This document shows positions 10,257-22,834 of a stretch of 64,000 nt of DNA, in pieces. The notes below the pieces were generated by a model. It made no database searches. It saw only the letters and a program-made list of their open reading frames with translations, and was not told the origin of the DNA. A program made the translations under genes and the position numbers. The stretch is from Mobula hypostoma (Eukaryota): the NCBI RefSeq assembly GCF_963921235.1, contig NC_086097.1, positions 245,832,001-245,896,000 of the forward strand, in the 5' to 3' direction. Positions within the stretch are counted from its first letter, which is position 1. Each line of letters starts with the position of its first letter.

Positions 10257-12575
10257 TAGAACCATAGAAACTACAGCACAGAAACAGGCCTTTTGGCCCT
10301 TCTTGGCTGTGCCGAACTATTTTCTGCCTAGGCCCACTGACCTGCACGCGGACCATATCCCTCCATCCACCTCCCATCCATGTATCTGTCCAATTCATTC
10401 TTAAATGTTAAAAAAGAACCCGCATTTACCACCTCGTCTGGCAGCTCATTCCATACTCCCACCACTCTCTGTGTGAAGAAGCCCCCCCTAATGTTCCCTT
10501 TAAATTTTTCCCCCCTCACCCTTAACCCATGTCCTCTGGTTTTTTTCTCCCCTTGCCTCAGTGGAAAAAACCTGCTTGCATTCACTCTATCTATACCTGT
10601 CATAATTTTATATACTTCTTTCAAATCTCCCCTCATTCTTCTACGCTCCAGAGAATAAAGTCCTAACCTATTCAACCCTTCTCTGTAACTGAGTTTCTCA
10701 AGTCCCGGCAACAACCTTGTAAACCTTCTCTGCACTCTTTCAACCTTATTTATATCCTTCCTGTAATTTGGTGACCAAAACTGAACATAATACTCCAGAT
10801 TCGGCCTCACCAATGCCTTATACAACCTCATCATAACATTCCAGCTCTTATACTCAATACTTCGATTAATAAAGGCCAATGTACCAAAAGCTCTCTTTAC
10901 GACCCTATCTACCTGTGACGCCGCTTTTAGGGAATTTTGTATCTGTATTCCCAGATCCCTCTGTTCCACTGCACTCCTCAGTGCCTTACCATTAACCCTG
11001 TATGTTCTACCTTGGTTTGTCCTTCCGACGTGCAATACCTCACACTTGTCTGTATTAAACTCCATCTGCCATTTTTCAGCCCATTTTTCCAGCTGGTCCA
11101 AGTCCCTCTGTAGGCTCTGAAAACCTTCCTTGCTGTCTACTACACTTCCAATCTTTGTACCATCAGCAAATTTGCTGATCCAATTTACCACATTATCATC
11201 CAGATCATTGATATAGATGACAAATAACAATGCACCCAGCACTGATCCCTGTGGCACACCACTAGTCACAGGCCTCCACTCAGAGAAGCAATTCTCTACT
11301 ACCACTCTTTGGCTTCTTCCGTTGAGCCAATGCCTGATCCAATTTACCACCTCTCCATGTATACCTAGTGACTGAATTTTCCTAACTAACCTCCCATGCG
11401 GGACCTTGTCAAAGGCCTTACTGAAGTCCATGTAGACAATATCCACTGCCTTCCCTTCATCCACTTTCCTGGTAACCTCCTCGAAAAACACCAATAGATT
11501 GGTCAAACATGACCTGCCACGCACAAAGCCATGTTGACTCTCCCTAATAAGTCCCTGTCTATCCAAATGCTTGTAGATTCTGTCTCTTAGTACTCCCTCC
11601 AATAACTTACCTACTACCAATGTTAAATTTACCGGCCTATAATTTCCCGGATTACTTTTCGATCCTTTTTTAAACAACAGAACAACATGAGCCACTCTCC
11701 AATCCTCCGGCACCTCACCAGTAGACAGCGACATTTTAAATAATTCTGCCAGGGCCCCTGCAACTTCAACACTAGTCTCCTTCAAGGTCCGAGGGAACAC
11801 CCTGTCAGGTCCCGGGGATTTATCCACTTTAATTTTCCTCAAGACAGCAAGGACCTCTTCCTTTTCGATCTGTACAGTTTCCATGATCTCACTACTTGTT
11901 TCCCCTAATTCCATAGACTTCATGCCAGTTTTCTTAGTAAATACAGACGCAAAAAACCTATTTAAGATCTCCCCCATTTCCTTTGGTTCCGCACATAGGC
12001 GACCACTCTGATCTTCAAGAGGACCAATTTTATCCCTTACAATCCTTTTGCTCTTAATATACCTGTAAAAGATCTTTGGATTATCCTTCACTTTGACTGC
12101 CAAGGCAACCTCATGTCTTCTTTTAGCACTCCTGATTTCTTTCTTAAGTATTTTCTTGCACTTCTTATACTCCTCAAGCACCTTATTTACTCCCTGCTTC
12201 CTATACATGTCATACAACTCCCTCTTCTTCTTTATCAGAGTTGCAATATCCCTTGAGAACCAAGGTTCCTTATTCCTATTCAATTTGCCTTTAATCCTGA
12301 CAGGAACATACACTCTCAAAATTTCTCCTTTGAAGGCTTCCCACCTACCGATCACATCCTTGCCAGAGAACAACCTGTCCCAATACACGCTTTTTAGATC
12401 CTTTCTCATTTCTTCAAATTTGGCCTCCTTCCAGTTAAGAACCTCAACCCTAGGACCAGATCTATCCTTGTCCATGATCAAGTTGAAACTAATGGTGTTA
12501 TGATCACTGGAACCAAAGTGCTCCCCTACACAGACTTCCGTCACTTGTGCTAACTCGTTTCCTAACAGGAGATTC
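10257..12575 (-). mobile_element. Young 5'-truncated CR1 LINE with open ORF2 (RT), antisense in the last GLI3 intron and nested in an older CR1
   Basis: ORF 10328-12661 contains [36 protein letters not shown] and KFADGTK (the FADD motif mutated to FADG). (TTCTATGG)n-type tail at ~10257-10270. Confidence 0.93.
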
Positions 12576-13429
12576 CCGGAATCATTTTTATGAATCTCCT
12601 TTGAAGCCTCGCTAATGTCAGCACATCCTTTTTTAGATAAGGGGCCCAGAACTGCACACAATACTCCAAGTGAGGCCTCACCAGTGCCTTATATGGGCAT
12701 CCGTTAGCCTCATGAGACCATGGATTTGCGCCTTGGAAGGTTTCCAGGGCACAGGCCTGGGCAAGGTTGTATGGAAGACCAGCAGTGCCTTATAAAGCCC
12801 CAGCATTACATCCTTACTTTTGTATTCTAGTTATCAGCCATGATCATAATAAATGGCGGTGCAGGCTCGAAGGGCCGAATGGCCTACTCCTGCACCTATT
12901 TTCTATGTTTCTATGTTTCTATGTAAGTAATGCAGAAAGACAACAAAGTAGTGAGGTTGTGTTCATGAGTTCATTGTCTGTCCAGAATTCTGATGGCAGA
13001 GGGGAAGAAGCTGTTTCTAAAATGTGAGTGTGTCTCTTCAGGCTCCTGTCCCTCCTCCCTAATGGTAGTAATGAGGAGAGGACATGTCCTGGGTGTTGGA
13101 TACTACCTCCTTGAGCCACCACCTCTTGAAGATGCCCTTGATGGTGCGGAGGGTTGCGTCCATGATGGAGCTGGATGAGCTTATGACCATCTTCAGCTGA
13201 TTCCCATCCTGTGAACTGGCACCTCAGTTATTTGCTGTGAGGCAACCAATCGAAATGCTCTCCACGGTACACCTGTAGAAATTTGTTAGAGTCTGTAGTG
13301 ACTTACCAAATTATAATCTGGAACAGCAAAGTAAATGGCTGCATAATTCCAGACAGCGACACAGCTCAGTGAGTTTTTGAATTGTTTCTGACTCAGTCCC
13401 TCATGAACAGACGCACATCATTAAACAGA

Positions 13430-13800
13430 CTGGACATCTCCCAACCTGATGGCAAGATCATCAGATTCTCTTAACTTCTGGTAATTTCCCTCCCTTCACC
13501 CATCTCTCTTTTTCCATTCCTGTCTTCCCACTTCTCCTCACCTTCCCATCACCTCCCTCTATTTCCCCTCCTCTTTCACTTTCTCCCATGGTCCACTGTC
13601 CTCTATCAGATTCCTTCTTCAGCCCTTCACCTTTCCCACCTACCACATCCCAGATTCTCTCTTCATCCCCCCCTCCCCCAGCCACCCACCTTCACCCTCA
13701 CCTGGTCTCACCTATCACCTGCCAGTCTGTACTCTTTCCCCTCCCCCAGCCACCCACCTTCACCCTCACCTGGTCTCACCTATCACCTGCCAGTTTGACT
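13430..13800 (+). mobile_element. Probable Penelope-like element 3' remnant with an internal ~57-bp direct duplication (13671-13726 / 13739-13795)
   Basis: ctcccaacctgatggc...ttctcttaacttctggtaa followed by a pyrimidine-rich tail; the duplication is directly visible and the family call is from recall. Confidence 0.45.
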
Positions 13801-15364
13801 GTCTGGCTTGTTTGGTCCCTCTGTTGGTCCCGCTGTTGTTAAGTTGAATTGACTTTATTACTTACATCCTTCCTATACATTAGGAGTAAAAATCTTTATG
13901 TTATGCCTGTGTCTAAATGTGCAATGTGCAACTTATAGTAATTTATAATAAATAGTATGTTCAACAGGACAGTTAATATAACATATAAGTACAGTTGTGT
14001 CAGCATGAATTAATCAGTCTGATGGCCTGGTGGAAGAAGCTGTCTCGGAGTTCGTTGGCTTTTATGCTGCAGTACCATTTCCTGGATGGTAGCAGCTGGA
14101 ACAGTTTGTGGTTGGGATGACTTGGGTTCCCAATGATCCTTCGGGCCCTTTTTACGCACCTGTCTTTGTAAATGTCCTGAATAGTGGGAAGTTCATATCT
14201 ACAGATGCGATGGTTTCCTTCTCAGCACATCTGTAGATTTTTACTCCAGGTTTTCAAGTTTATTAAAACTTGTCAGGTTACCTTGCCACTTATAATTGTG
14301 CAATTGCTAATCTAGGTGACTGGAAGAAGAGTTATAAGGTGTTACTTTGAAAAATACAGTTGTACAGGTAAAGCATTCCACCTATGAGGAAGCCATTTGT
14401 AAGTTCTCTCATTACCATGTACTTTGTAGTTGGTGTAGAGTGCTGGTGAACTTAAACTAGAGATTGTAGGTTATTAACGGTGAAAGGTGAAATATTTTTG
14501 AGGAAGCTGAGTGGAAACTTCCTTCACAGAGTGAGGTGTGAATGTGGAATGAAATGCCAGTGGAAGTGGTGGACATGGGTTTGATTGGAACACTTAACAG
14601 AAATTTGGATAGGTACATGGAGGGGAGGGGTATGGTCCCGGTGCAGGTTGATTGGAGAAGGCAGAATAACAATTCAACATTGACTAGATGGGCTGAAGGG
14701 CCTGTTCTGTGCTGTAGTGCTCTAGACCCATGACTCTAAATAGTAAAGCTTTGCTGGCCTAATATTTGTTTCCAAACAGAATATTTGAGTTAAGTGTGTT
14801 AAGATATTCAAACTCGTATTGCAATTGCTGTATTTTGTTTGAATGCTTGCAGACTCAGAAAGAACTTTAGTTTGTGGCGAGGATTCCATCCTCTCACCAA
14901 TGGAATTTAAATGCCTCTGATAAATGGAAGTTTCCAAGGTGATGCTCTTTCACTTAAGTCAGAGGTTTTCTAAATCACAGTCCTCAATGGCGCCTTTTCC
15001 CTGTGAGTCCCGCAAGTCTGAGAGAAAAAAGATTAAGGAAAGAGACCGTGGCTGCATGTGGTCTCGCTCGCCTGTTGTTCTGATCTTCAAATCAATTCCC
15101 TTTGTGTCCTCCTCCCCAGTAAATATCACCTCAGATCATGAATGCTGCCAACCTCATACCACCACCACATTCGCCCCTTACAGTAGATGCTGGAATTATT
15201 GTGTTGTTTCTGCCTGACAAAATGTTTTAACGTTTATTTTAAAATTTAATTATGAGTGCAGAATTCTGAGTCATAGAACGCAGAAACAAGCACTTCAGCC
15301 CATCTAGTCCATGCCAAATTGTTATTCATTTGTTTGTTTCTTTTTTTATTTAGAGATACAATAC

Positions 15365-15750
15365 AATAACATAGAAACATTTCGAATGTTGAAAGGCATG
15401 GACAGAGTGGATGTGGCAAAGTTGTTTCCCATGATGGGAGAGTCTAGTACGAGAGGGCATGACTTAAGGATTGAAGGGCACCCTTTCAGAACAGAGATGC
15501 GAAGAAATTTTTTTTAGCCGAAGGGTGGTGAATCTATGGAATTTGTTGCCACGGGCGGCGGTGGAGGTCAAGTCATTGGGTGTATTTAAGGCAGAGATTG
15601 ATAGGTATCTGAGTAGCCAGGGCATCAAAGGTTATGGTGAGAAGGCGGGGGAGTGGGACTAAATGGGAGAATGGATCAGCTCATGATAAAATGGCGGCGC
15701 AGACTCGATGGGCCGAATGGCCAATTTCTGCTCCTTTGTCTTATGGTCTA
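15365..15750 (+). mobile_element. CR1 3' end, same subfamily as 36550-37170
   Basis: IETFRMLKGMDRVDVAKLFP...; nearly identical 3' UTR. Confidence 0.85.
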
Positions 15751-16189
15751 ATAACAGGCCATTCCAGCCCAACGAGCCCACGCCACACAATTACCCCCAT
15801 TTTACCAATTAACCTTTTAACCTGCATGTCTTTGGAAAGTGGGAAGAAACAGCAGCTGGAGGAAACCCACGTGGACAGAGGGAGTATGTACAACTCCTTA
15901 CAGACAGACAGCAGGCCTAGTTCCCTCAACCCACCCTCCATACCACCCCCCCATCCATGTACCTATCCAAACTTTCATTATCTGTTACAATCAAACCTGC
16001 ATCCACCACGTTCACCGGCAGCTCGTTTCTGCACTCTGAGTGATTCATTGCAGATGAACAAAATCAGCACGGACAGCTGCTGAAGATAAAGGACTGCCTT
16101 CAGACAATGCTTTCGAAGATTGCATCCTCCAAATCTTCATTTTCATTGTAACATTCAAGATGATTGTCGATACCTTCAAATTCTTCATA

Positions 16190-17990
16190 GAGGATTTAAA
16201 CTAATTTGGCAGGGGGATGGGAACCGGGGTGATAGGGCTGAGGATGGGGCTGTTGGCATACAAACAGATCCATTGTGTCGTGAGTCTGTGAGGAAGGACA
16301 GACGGATGATAGGGCAAGATTGAAGTCAGTGGAATGAGTTAAAGTGCATCAAGGGGTCAAAATCAAAAAGGGTGATGAATGCAGGCCTGAAGGTATTAAA
16401 TTTGAATGCACACAGTATACAGAATAAGGTAGATGATCTTATAGCGCAGATAGAGATAGGCAGTTATAACTTTGTGGGTGTCACTGAATTGTGGCTGAAA
16501 GAAGGTTATAGTTGGGAGTTTAATATCCAAGGATACACATTGTATCGAAAGGACAGGCAGGTAGGCAGCAAGGGTTGGGCTGTCTCTGTTGGTAAAAAAT
16601 GAAATTAAATCCTTAGAAAGAGATGACATAGGATCAGAAGATGTAGAAGTTGTGGGTAGTGTTAAGAAAGTTCAAGGGTAAAAGGACCCTGATGGGAGTT
16701 ATTTACAGGCTTCTGAACAGTAGCCAGGATGTAGAGTACAGATTACAATGGGAGATAGAAAAGGCATGTCAAAAGGCTAATGTTGCAGTAATCATGGGGA
16801 ATTTCAATATGGAGGTAGATTGGGGAAATCCGGTTGGCACTGGATCCCAAGAGAGGGAATTTGTAGAATGCTTACGAGATGGATTTTTAGAGCAGCTTTG
16901 GTTGAGCCAATGAGGGGAACGGCAATTCTGGATTGAGTGTTGTGTAATGGCCCAGATTTGATTAGGAAAAAGAATCTTTACAAGGCAGTGATCAAAATAT
17001 GATAATTCTATCAAAATATGATAGAATTCACCCTGCAGTTTGAGGGGAAGAAGATAAAAGTCAGATATATTACAGTGGAGTAAAGGGAATTGCAGAGGCA
17101 TGAGTGAGGAGCTGGCCAGAGTTGATTGCAAGGAGACACTAGCAGGGATGTCACCAGAACAGCGATGGATGGGGTTTCTGGGGGAAATTCGGAAGGTGCA
17201 GGGTAGATACATCCCAAAGATGAAGAAGTATTCTAAGGGGAGCATGAAGCAATCCTGACTGACAAGGGAAGTCAAAGACAGCATAAAAACTAAAGAGAGG
17301 GCATATAATATAGCAAAAATTAGGATTGGGAAGCTTTTAAAAACCAAAAGAAGGCAATGAAAAAAGCCATAAAGAGAGAAATGATGAAATATGAAGGTAA
17401 GCTAGCCAATACTATAAAAGAGAATACTAAAATGTTTTCAGATATAGTCAGAGTAACAGAGATGAGAGTGGATATTGGACTGCTGGATCGAGATCTTGGT
17501 TGAGCCGTAAGATCTTGGTTCAATTCCCACCGCTGACTTTAAGGAGTTTGTATGTTCTCCTTGTTACCATGTGGAATTTCCTTCCCAATTCCAAAGATGG
17601 ACAGGTAAGGTCAGTAACCTATGGAATGGTGAAAGGCCTCAATAGAGTGGATGTGGAGAGGATGTTTCCTGTGGTGGGGGAGTCTAAGACCAGAGGACAC
17701 AGCCTCAGAATAGAGGGGCATCCTTTTAGAACGGAGATGAGGAGGAATTTCTTTAGCCAGAGAGTGATGAATTTGCGGAATGCGTTGCCACAGGCAGCTG
17801 TAGAGGCCAGGCCATTGGGTATGTTTAAGGCCGAGGTTGATAAATTCTTGATTAGTCAGGGCACGAGGGATACAGGGAGAAGACAGGAGATTGGGGCTAA
17901 GAGGGAAATTGATCAGCCATGATGAAATGGTAGAGCAGACTCGATGGGCCGAATGGCCTAATTCAGCTCCTATATCGTACGGTCTGATAG
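16190..17990 (+). mobile_element. Decayed CR1 fragments (endonuclease region 16190-17490; 3' end ~17620-17990)
   Basis: LKVLNLNAHSIQNK, GVTELWL, YRKDR and MGNFN (APE endonuclease motifs) broken by frameshifts. Confidence 0.85.
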
Positions 17991-18351
17991 TAAGTTGTGG
18001 ACATGCTATCTTGGTGTGGGAAGCATGGCAACACTTGCAGGCTGCCCCCAGTGCATCCTCACTGATTTAATTTGATGCAAACGATGCATTTCTCTGTATG
18101 TTTCAATGTACTTAGAGCAAACAAAGCTAATCTTGCCGGAAGCATGGTGTGGCTTGCGGAGTTCCCCCAGCACAATAATTTGATTGATGCAAAAGATGTG
18201 GATCACCGTATATTTCAATGTCCGTGTGGCTGAAAAAGAAACTAATCTTTACATCTTGTAACTGCACTTTGAAGTCTTTGTCTCTCTCTCAGATTAACTG
18301 TAAAATAGTTTCCTGTTCTAATTGCTAATTGAGTTTTCCATTGAAACCCAG

Positions 18352-20669
18352 GCTCTCAGCTGGACAGCTCAATTGATGGGGGATCCATGACTATCCTGCC
18401 AAGTAGAAATGAACTGCTGAATGCAGACGTCGTGACGCTCAGTAAGGCGACGGAGAGGCGAGACAGCACCACCAGCACCATTAGCTCAGCTTACCTGAGC
18501 AGCCGCAGGTCGTCCGGAATTTCACCGTACCTCTCGAGCAGGAGGTCCAGCGAGGTGTCCCAGGCCGAAGGCCGGCCGAGCAACCCAAGCGTCACGGATT
18601 CGTACGACCCCATCTCGACGGATGCATCCAGGCGGTCGAGCGAGGCCAGCCAGTGCGGCGGCTTGCCCGGGCTACTGAGCCTGACTCCAGTGCAGCACTA
18701 CCGCCTGAAGGCCAAGTACGCCGCCGCCACGGGCGGCCCCCCACCCACCCCACTGCCGAACATGGAGCGCATGAGCCTGAAGGCGCGGATGGCCCTGCTG
18801 GGCGACTGCCGGGACACGGAGATATTCCCCCTGCCTCAGATAAACGCTGCCCGGAGGTGCAGCGACGGGGCATCTAATGGATTCAGCAGGAGGCCCCTGC
18901 TGCCCAACGACGTGCCAGGCAATGGAATACGAAGAGCCAGCGACCCTGTGCGAGGTGTGGCTGAGCCGTTCCCGGCACCCCCCGTGCCCCGCCACAACAG
19001 TCTCAATAACGTTAACCCTGCCCCAGCTCTGCCAACAACGGAACGGCGTAACTTCAGCCTTCAGAACTACACTCGCTCGGATGGGAGCCTCCACCGCACC
19101 GCCTACTCCCCTTGCCCACCTAGCATCAGCGAGAATGTTCTTCAGGAGGCCTACAGCCACCTGGATGAGGACTTCCTGCCGGACGATGTGGTTCAGTACA
19201 TCAGCTCGCAAAGTAAGGTGGGCAGCCACCTCCGGAATGAAATGAACGTGTCGAGCCTGGACGTCTTTGAGCACCTGCCGAATGTGCCGTCTGGCGAAAG
19301 GCAGCAGGACCGCATGGCCGGCGTGCCCTCCTTCGACCAGGTTCAGGCCACCGCCCAGCAGTTCCACAGCCCGCAGGTGAACCCGGAGCCCAGTAAGGAC
19401 GATCTGCCCATTCAGTGGAACGAAGTCAGCTCAGGGAGTGTTGACGTGCCGCCTCAGAAACAGAAGAACAGATATCGGCCCGCGGGAAGCCTGCCGCAGA
19501 GTCGGGCGCCTGGAGTCTTTGCCAGCACGACCAGTCCTCCACAGAGCCTCCCGGCAGCTCAGCAGAATGCGTTCGCGTCCCCGCCAAGCAGCTTCCAACA
19601 GTGTATGGAGATGGTTCCGTGGGGAACCCCACGGAACATGAAGATCGTGAGCCCCCAGATGGGCAAGGGTCACCAACACGGCCAAAACCTGAACCGGCAG
19701 ATGTTGCTCGCTGCATCTGGGGAGTTCCCTTACGCTGCCAGCCTGCCGAACCCTGAGATGGAGTCGGACAGCTTGCAGATGGGTCACGGTCAAGAGGCGC
19801 CCACGTACTCCTCACTGGCCCCGCGGCATCAGACCGCAAAGGTGGCCTGCGGAGCTCAAAGCAGAAATGCGACGGTGCAGAATTTCACCCAGTGTCAGCA
19901 GGTGGTCTGCCAGCCAGTAACGGAAGCGTTGCGTTTCCGCGGCATGAATGGCTCTGCTCAGGCAAGCGTCGGTGATCCGGGCAGCAGAGTATTTGGCAGC
20001 CAGCCACCTCAATCAGCTGTATTCCTGGGGCCGCACAGTTCCCGAAATCCGGGGAATCAGCAGTTTGGGTCAAATGCAGCGAGGGGTCACCAAATGTTTA
20101 CAACTTGCAATGCCAGCAAGCAGCCAAGCCTGCCCACAAATCGAGTGCCCCCCCATCCCGGCGACATTAACCAGCTGTACAGGATGGCCAGCGTTAAGAC
20201 CGAGATGCAGGAGCTGCCGCAGCTGCTGAACAACCCCTGCTCCCACTTGCAGCACTACAGCCGGCAAGGTTACGACCAGAACTCTCCCTTCAAACCGCAG
20301 AGTGTCGCGTTCACAGCTCAGGAGGCGAACTGCCCGCTGCAGCAGGCCAGCCATGCCAAGTCTTCAGAGCTGCTCTCTCCGGGTTCCAATCAAGTAACGA
20401 GCACCATGGACGTCAGCCACCTAGACACTGTACAGATCGACTTTGACGCAATCCTAGACGACGAAGACCATGGGAGCTTAATTTCAGGAGCACTGAGTCC
20501 AAGCATTCTGCAGAATCTCTCCCAGACTTCTTCCCGCCTCAATACCCCACGCACATCTCTCACATTCCATAGCATGCCCGTCAACACCACAAACATGGCC
20601 ATCGGTGACATGAGCTCCTTGCTGACGTCACTTGCAGAAGAAAGCAAATTCTTAACGGTTATGCCGTAA
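18352..20669 (+). CDS. GLI3: GLI3 last coding exon (PKA/GSK3/CK1 phospho-cluster and C-terminal activation domain), ending at TAA
   Basis: Acceptor aacccAG|GC completes the split Gly codon (phase 1) in frame with ORF 18387-20669. Contains RRDS, RRSS x3, RRCS, RRAS, DSYDPISTDAS, YRLKAKYAAATGGPPPTPLP, LPIQWNEVSSG, ELLSPGSNQVTST and C-terminal NMAIGDMSSLLTSLAEESKFL. Confidence 0.97.
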
Positions 20670-21107
20670 CCATCCAGATAATGGGCAGGGTGTTTTCTCT
20701 TCTTTAGCCACCTATGTACGTTGTAACTATTCCATCCCAACCGAGGGATGGGTTCCATTGAACTCCTGATACGGGATCAAAGGTGTACGAATTCAGGTGT
20801 CCCCGTACACCATGCTTGGGAGAATGTGTCTTCTGCTGACATTTTTAAAAAATTGAACAGCATCAGTATTTTAAGTTAGAATTTGTTTATCGCTCTGTTT
20901 ACTGAATGAAGAGCTAAGGTAAATGTTTAATATGCATGCTTAGAACATTAAATGAGGCCAAACATAAGCACTGTTTCTTGTAATTGTTGTAATGACCACA
21001 ACTTTAGTGTATTTTGTCCAATGTCAACATTTTCACAGGAAGACATTTCACTTTAGGGTATTTTTTTTTTAAATGAGTGAATGCCTTTGTGAAACTATTG
21101 ACAAATA

Positions 21108-21216
21108 TCCAGTCCTGAAGAAGGCCTCGGCCCGAAACTGTTTGTTCATTCCCACGGATGCTGCCTGACCTGCTGAGTTCCTCCAGCATTCTGTGTCTGT
21201 GTGTGTGTGTGCGTTG
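21108..21216 (+). mobile_element. Short Penelope-type retro-insertion carrying a degenerate minimal hammerhead motif, in the GLI3 3' UTR
   Basis: 13-bp direct repeat ctattgacaaata at 21095-21107 and 21217-21229. Insert contains CAGTC-CTGAAGA-aggcctcggccc-GAAA. Confidence 0.75.
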
Positions 21217-22092
21217 CTATTGACAAATAGGATTGGCTTCTCAGTCGAAGGCAAGAGAAGTCTTTGACTCAGGTAGGTCTTAAGGTTGATATATCCTGTT
21301 TTGTTGACCTACGGGAAGTGTTAGAGGAGATGCAAAGGCTTTGCGGCCAGAATGCTTGAGTATTTTTACTGACTGTTGAATGGAACATTTTTATTGTTTT
21401 TGGTCTTTTTTTGTTATGTTGTTTTTTGTCAGGAAAGCCATATGGAGACCAGTACTAGTTTTAGAACATTTATTTTAGAGTTTGTTTGGCTCTTTAGCAC
21501 TGTATGCATTCTAAAGTAGACGTGATCATTTCTAGGATAGCATAGTAGAACATATTGGTTGTGCTTTACAAAAAAGCGGCATGTTATTTGCTGAATGTTT
21601 ATAAGGTATGTGCCTTATTTTTGTGTCAGTTTTACATATCGGGACCAACAATACTGCCAAAATTTTGACTTGATAGTTGTGCTTGATGTTAAGCGGTTAG
21701 CACTCCATCATTTAATATTTCCTGTTTGAGATCTCACAGGCAGTTTAGGAATTGTGCATTAAAGCTTATTGTTTAACTGATTTAAATATCTTCACCATTG
21801 TAGTTCATCTTGTAAAATACACACTGTACTTTCAATACTTTTCAGTATTTTTTTAGATTTTTTTTGGTGAAAGCATTAACAAAATGTAATCCCGTTAATG
21901 TAAATACCTTCACGTAGAAATAGAAAGGCCGTTCTGAACTTCACTGGTGTTGGCTCTCTGAGCACCACCAAGAAGTTGTGGACATGCCTTTCACTCAAAC
22001 CCAATCCTGTAGCCGTGTACGTAAACATCTTTCGCTTTGGAAACTACTTAGCTGTTGTGCAAAAAAAGGAACAAAAAAGTTTGTACAATTTT

Positions 22093-22098
22093 AATAAA
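22093..22098 (+). terminator. Candidate polyadenylation signal AATAAA for GLI3
   Basis: Context ttgtacaattttAATAAA with an upstream UGUA element and T-rich sequence downstream; repeat-dense DNA begins soon after. Confidence 0.55.
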
Positions 22099-22834
22099 CC
22101 TCTCATTCTTATTTTTTTTGCCAAGTTGTCTTTTGTAAGCAGAAACCTTTAGTTTTGATTTCCACTTTGAAAACACAGGAACATGAGGTTTCTACAGCGA
22201 AGAATAAGTTTGCATATTGATAACTTAAAGATTGGCTGGTTAGGAGTAAATGATTAGATTGGTTTTTGTCATCAGAAGAAATTTTCTTGTTATAAACAGA
22301 GAACATAGAACGTTACAGCACAGTACAGGCCATCGGCCCCTAACTTGCCAACCTTTGAACCTACTCCAGGATCAAGGATCAACTTTATTTGCCATATACA
22401 TTTTTCAGAATTTGCTGGGGACAATTTGTGCCATGCAACAAAAAATACATCTGAAAATTCTAAAGAATAAAGAAATCTATGAAAAATAAGTTAGAGGTTA
22501 AAGTAGGGGCATGAACTAAAATATGCATAACACATAAATACTAGTACTGTATGTATTTAAAACATTATTGAACAGGGGTTCCCAGCCTGGGTCCATAGAC
22601 TCCTCGGCTAATGGTAGGGGTCCATTGTATAACAAGGAACCCCTGTTACAGGAAGTGGTTTAAAGTGTTTACAGTGCAGTGACCAAGGTATTTGATAGAG
22701 GGGTTTGGGGGTTGTTAATTCGAGTGAGTGATCAGATTAACTGCCTGGGGCAAAAATAAACTTTAAAAGTTTTTGATGTAATAGTCCTCTAACCTTCCCT
22801 CCTACAGCTGACCAGATACTGCACTTCAATGTCC

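Larger units (their letters stand above)
20670..22120 (+). other. GLI3: Probable GLI3 3' UTR
   Basis: AT/U-rich and almost repeat-free after the stop codon; ends near AATAAA 22093-22098. The true 3' end is inferred. Confidence 0.6.

Noticed and set aside
12575..12661. N-terminus of the 777-aa ORF as a real start
   Set aside because: Chance in-frame fusion of the 5'-truncated young CR1 with the older host CR1.
18592..20758. Several antisense and alternative-frame ORFs over the GLI3 last exon
   Set aside because: Expected by-products of a GC-rich coding exon; no recognisable motifs.
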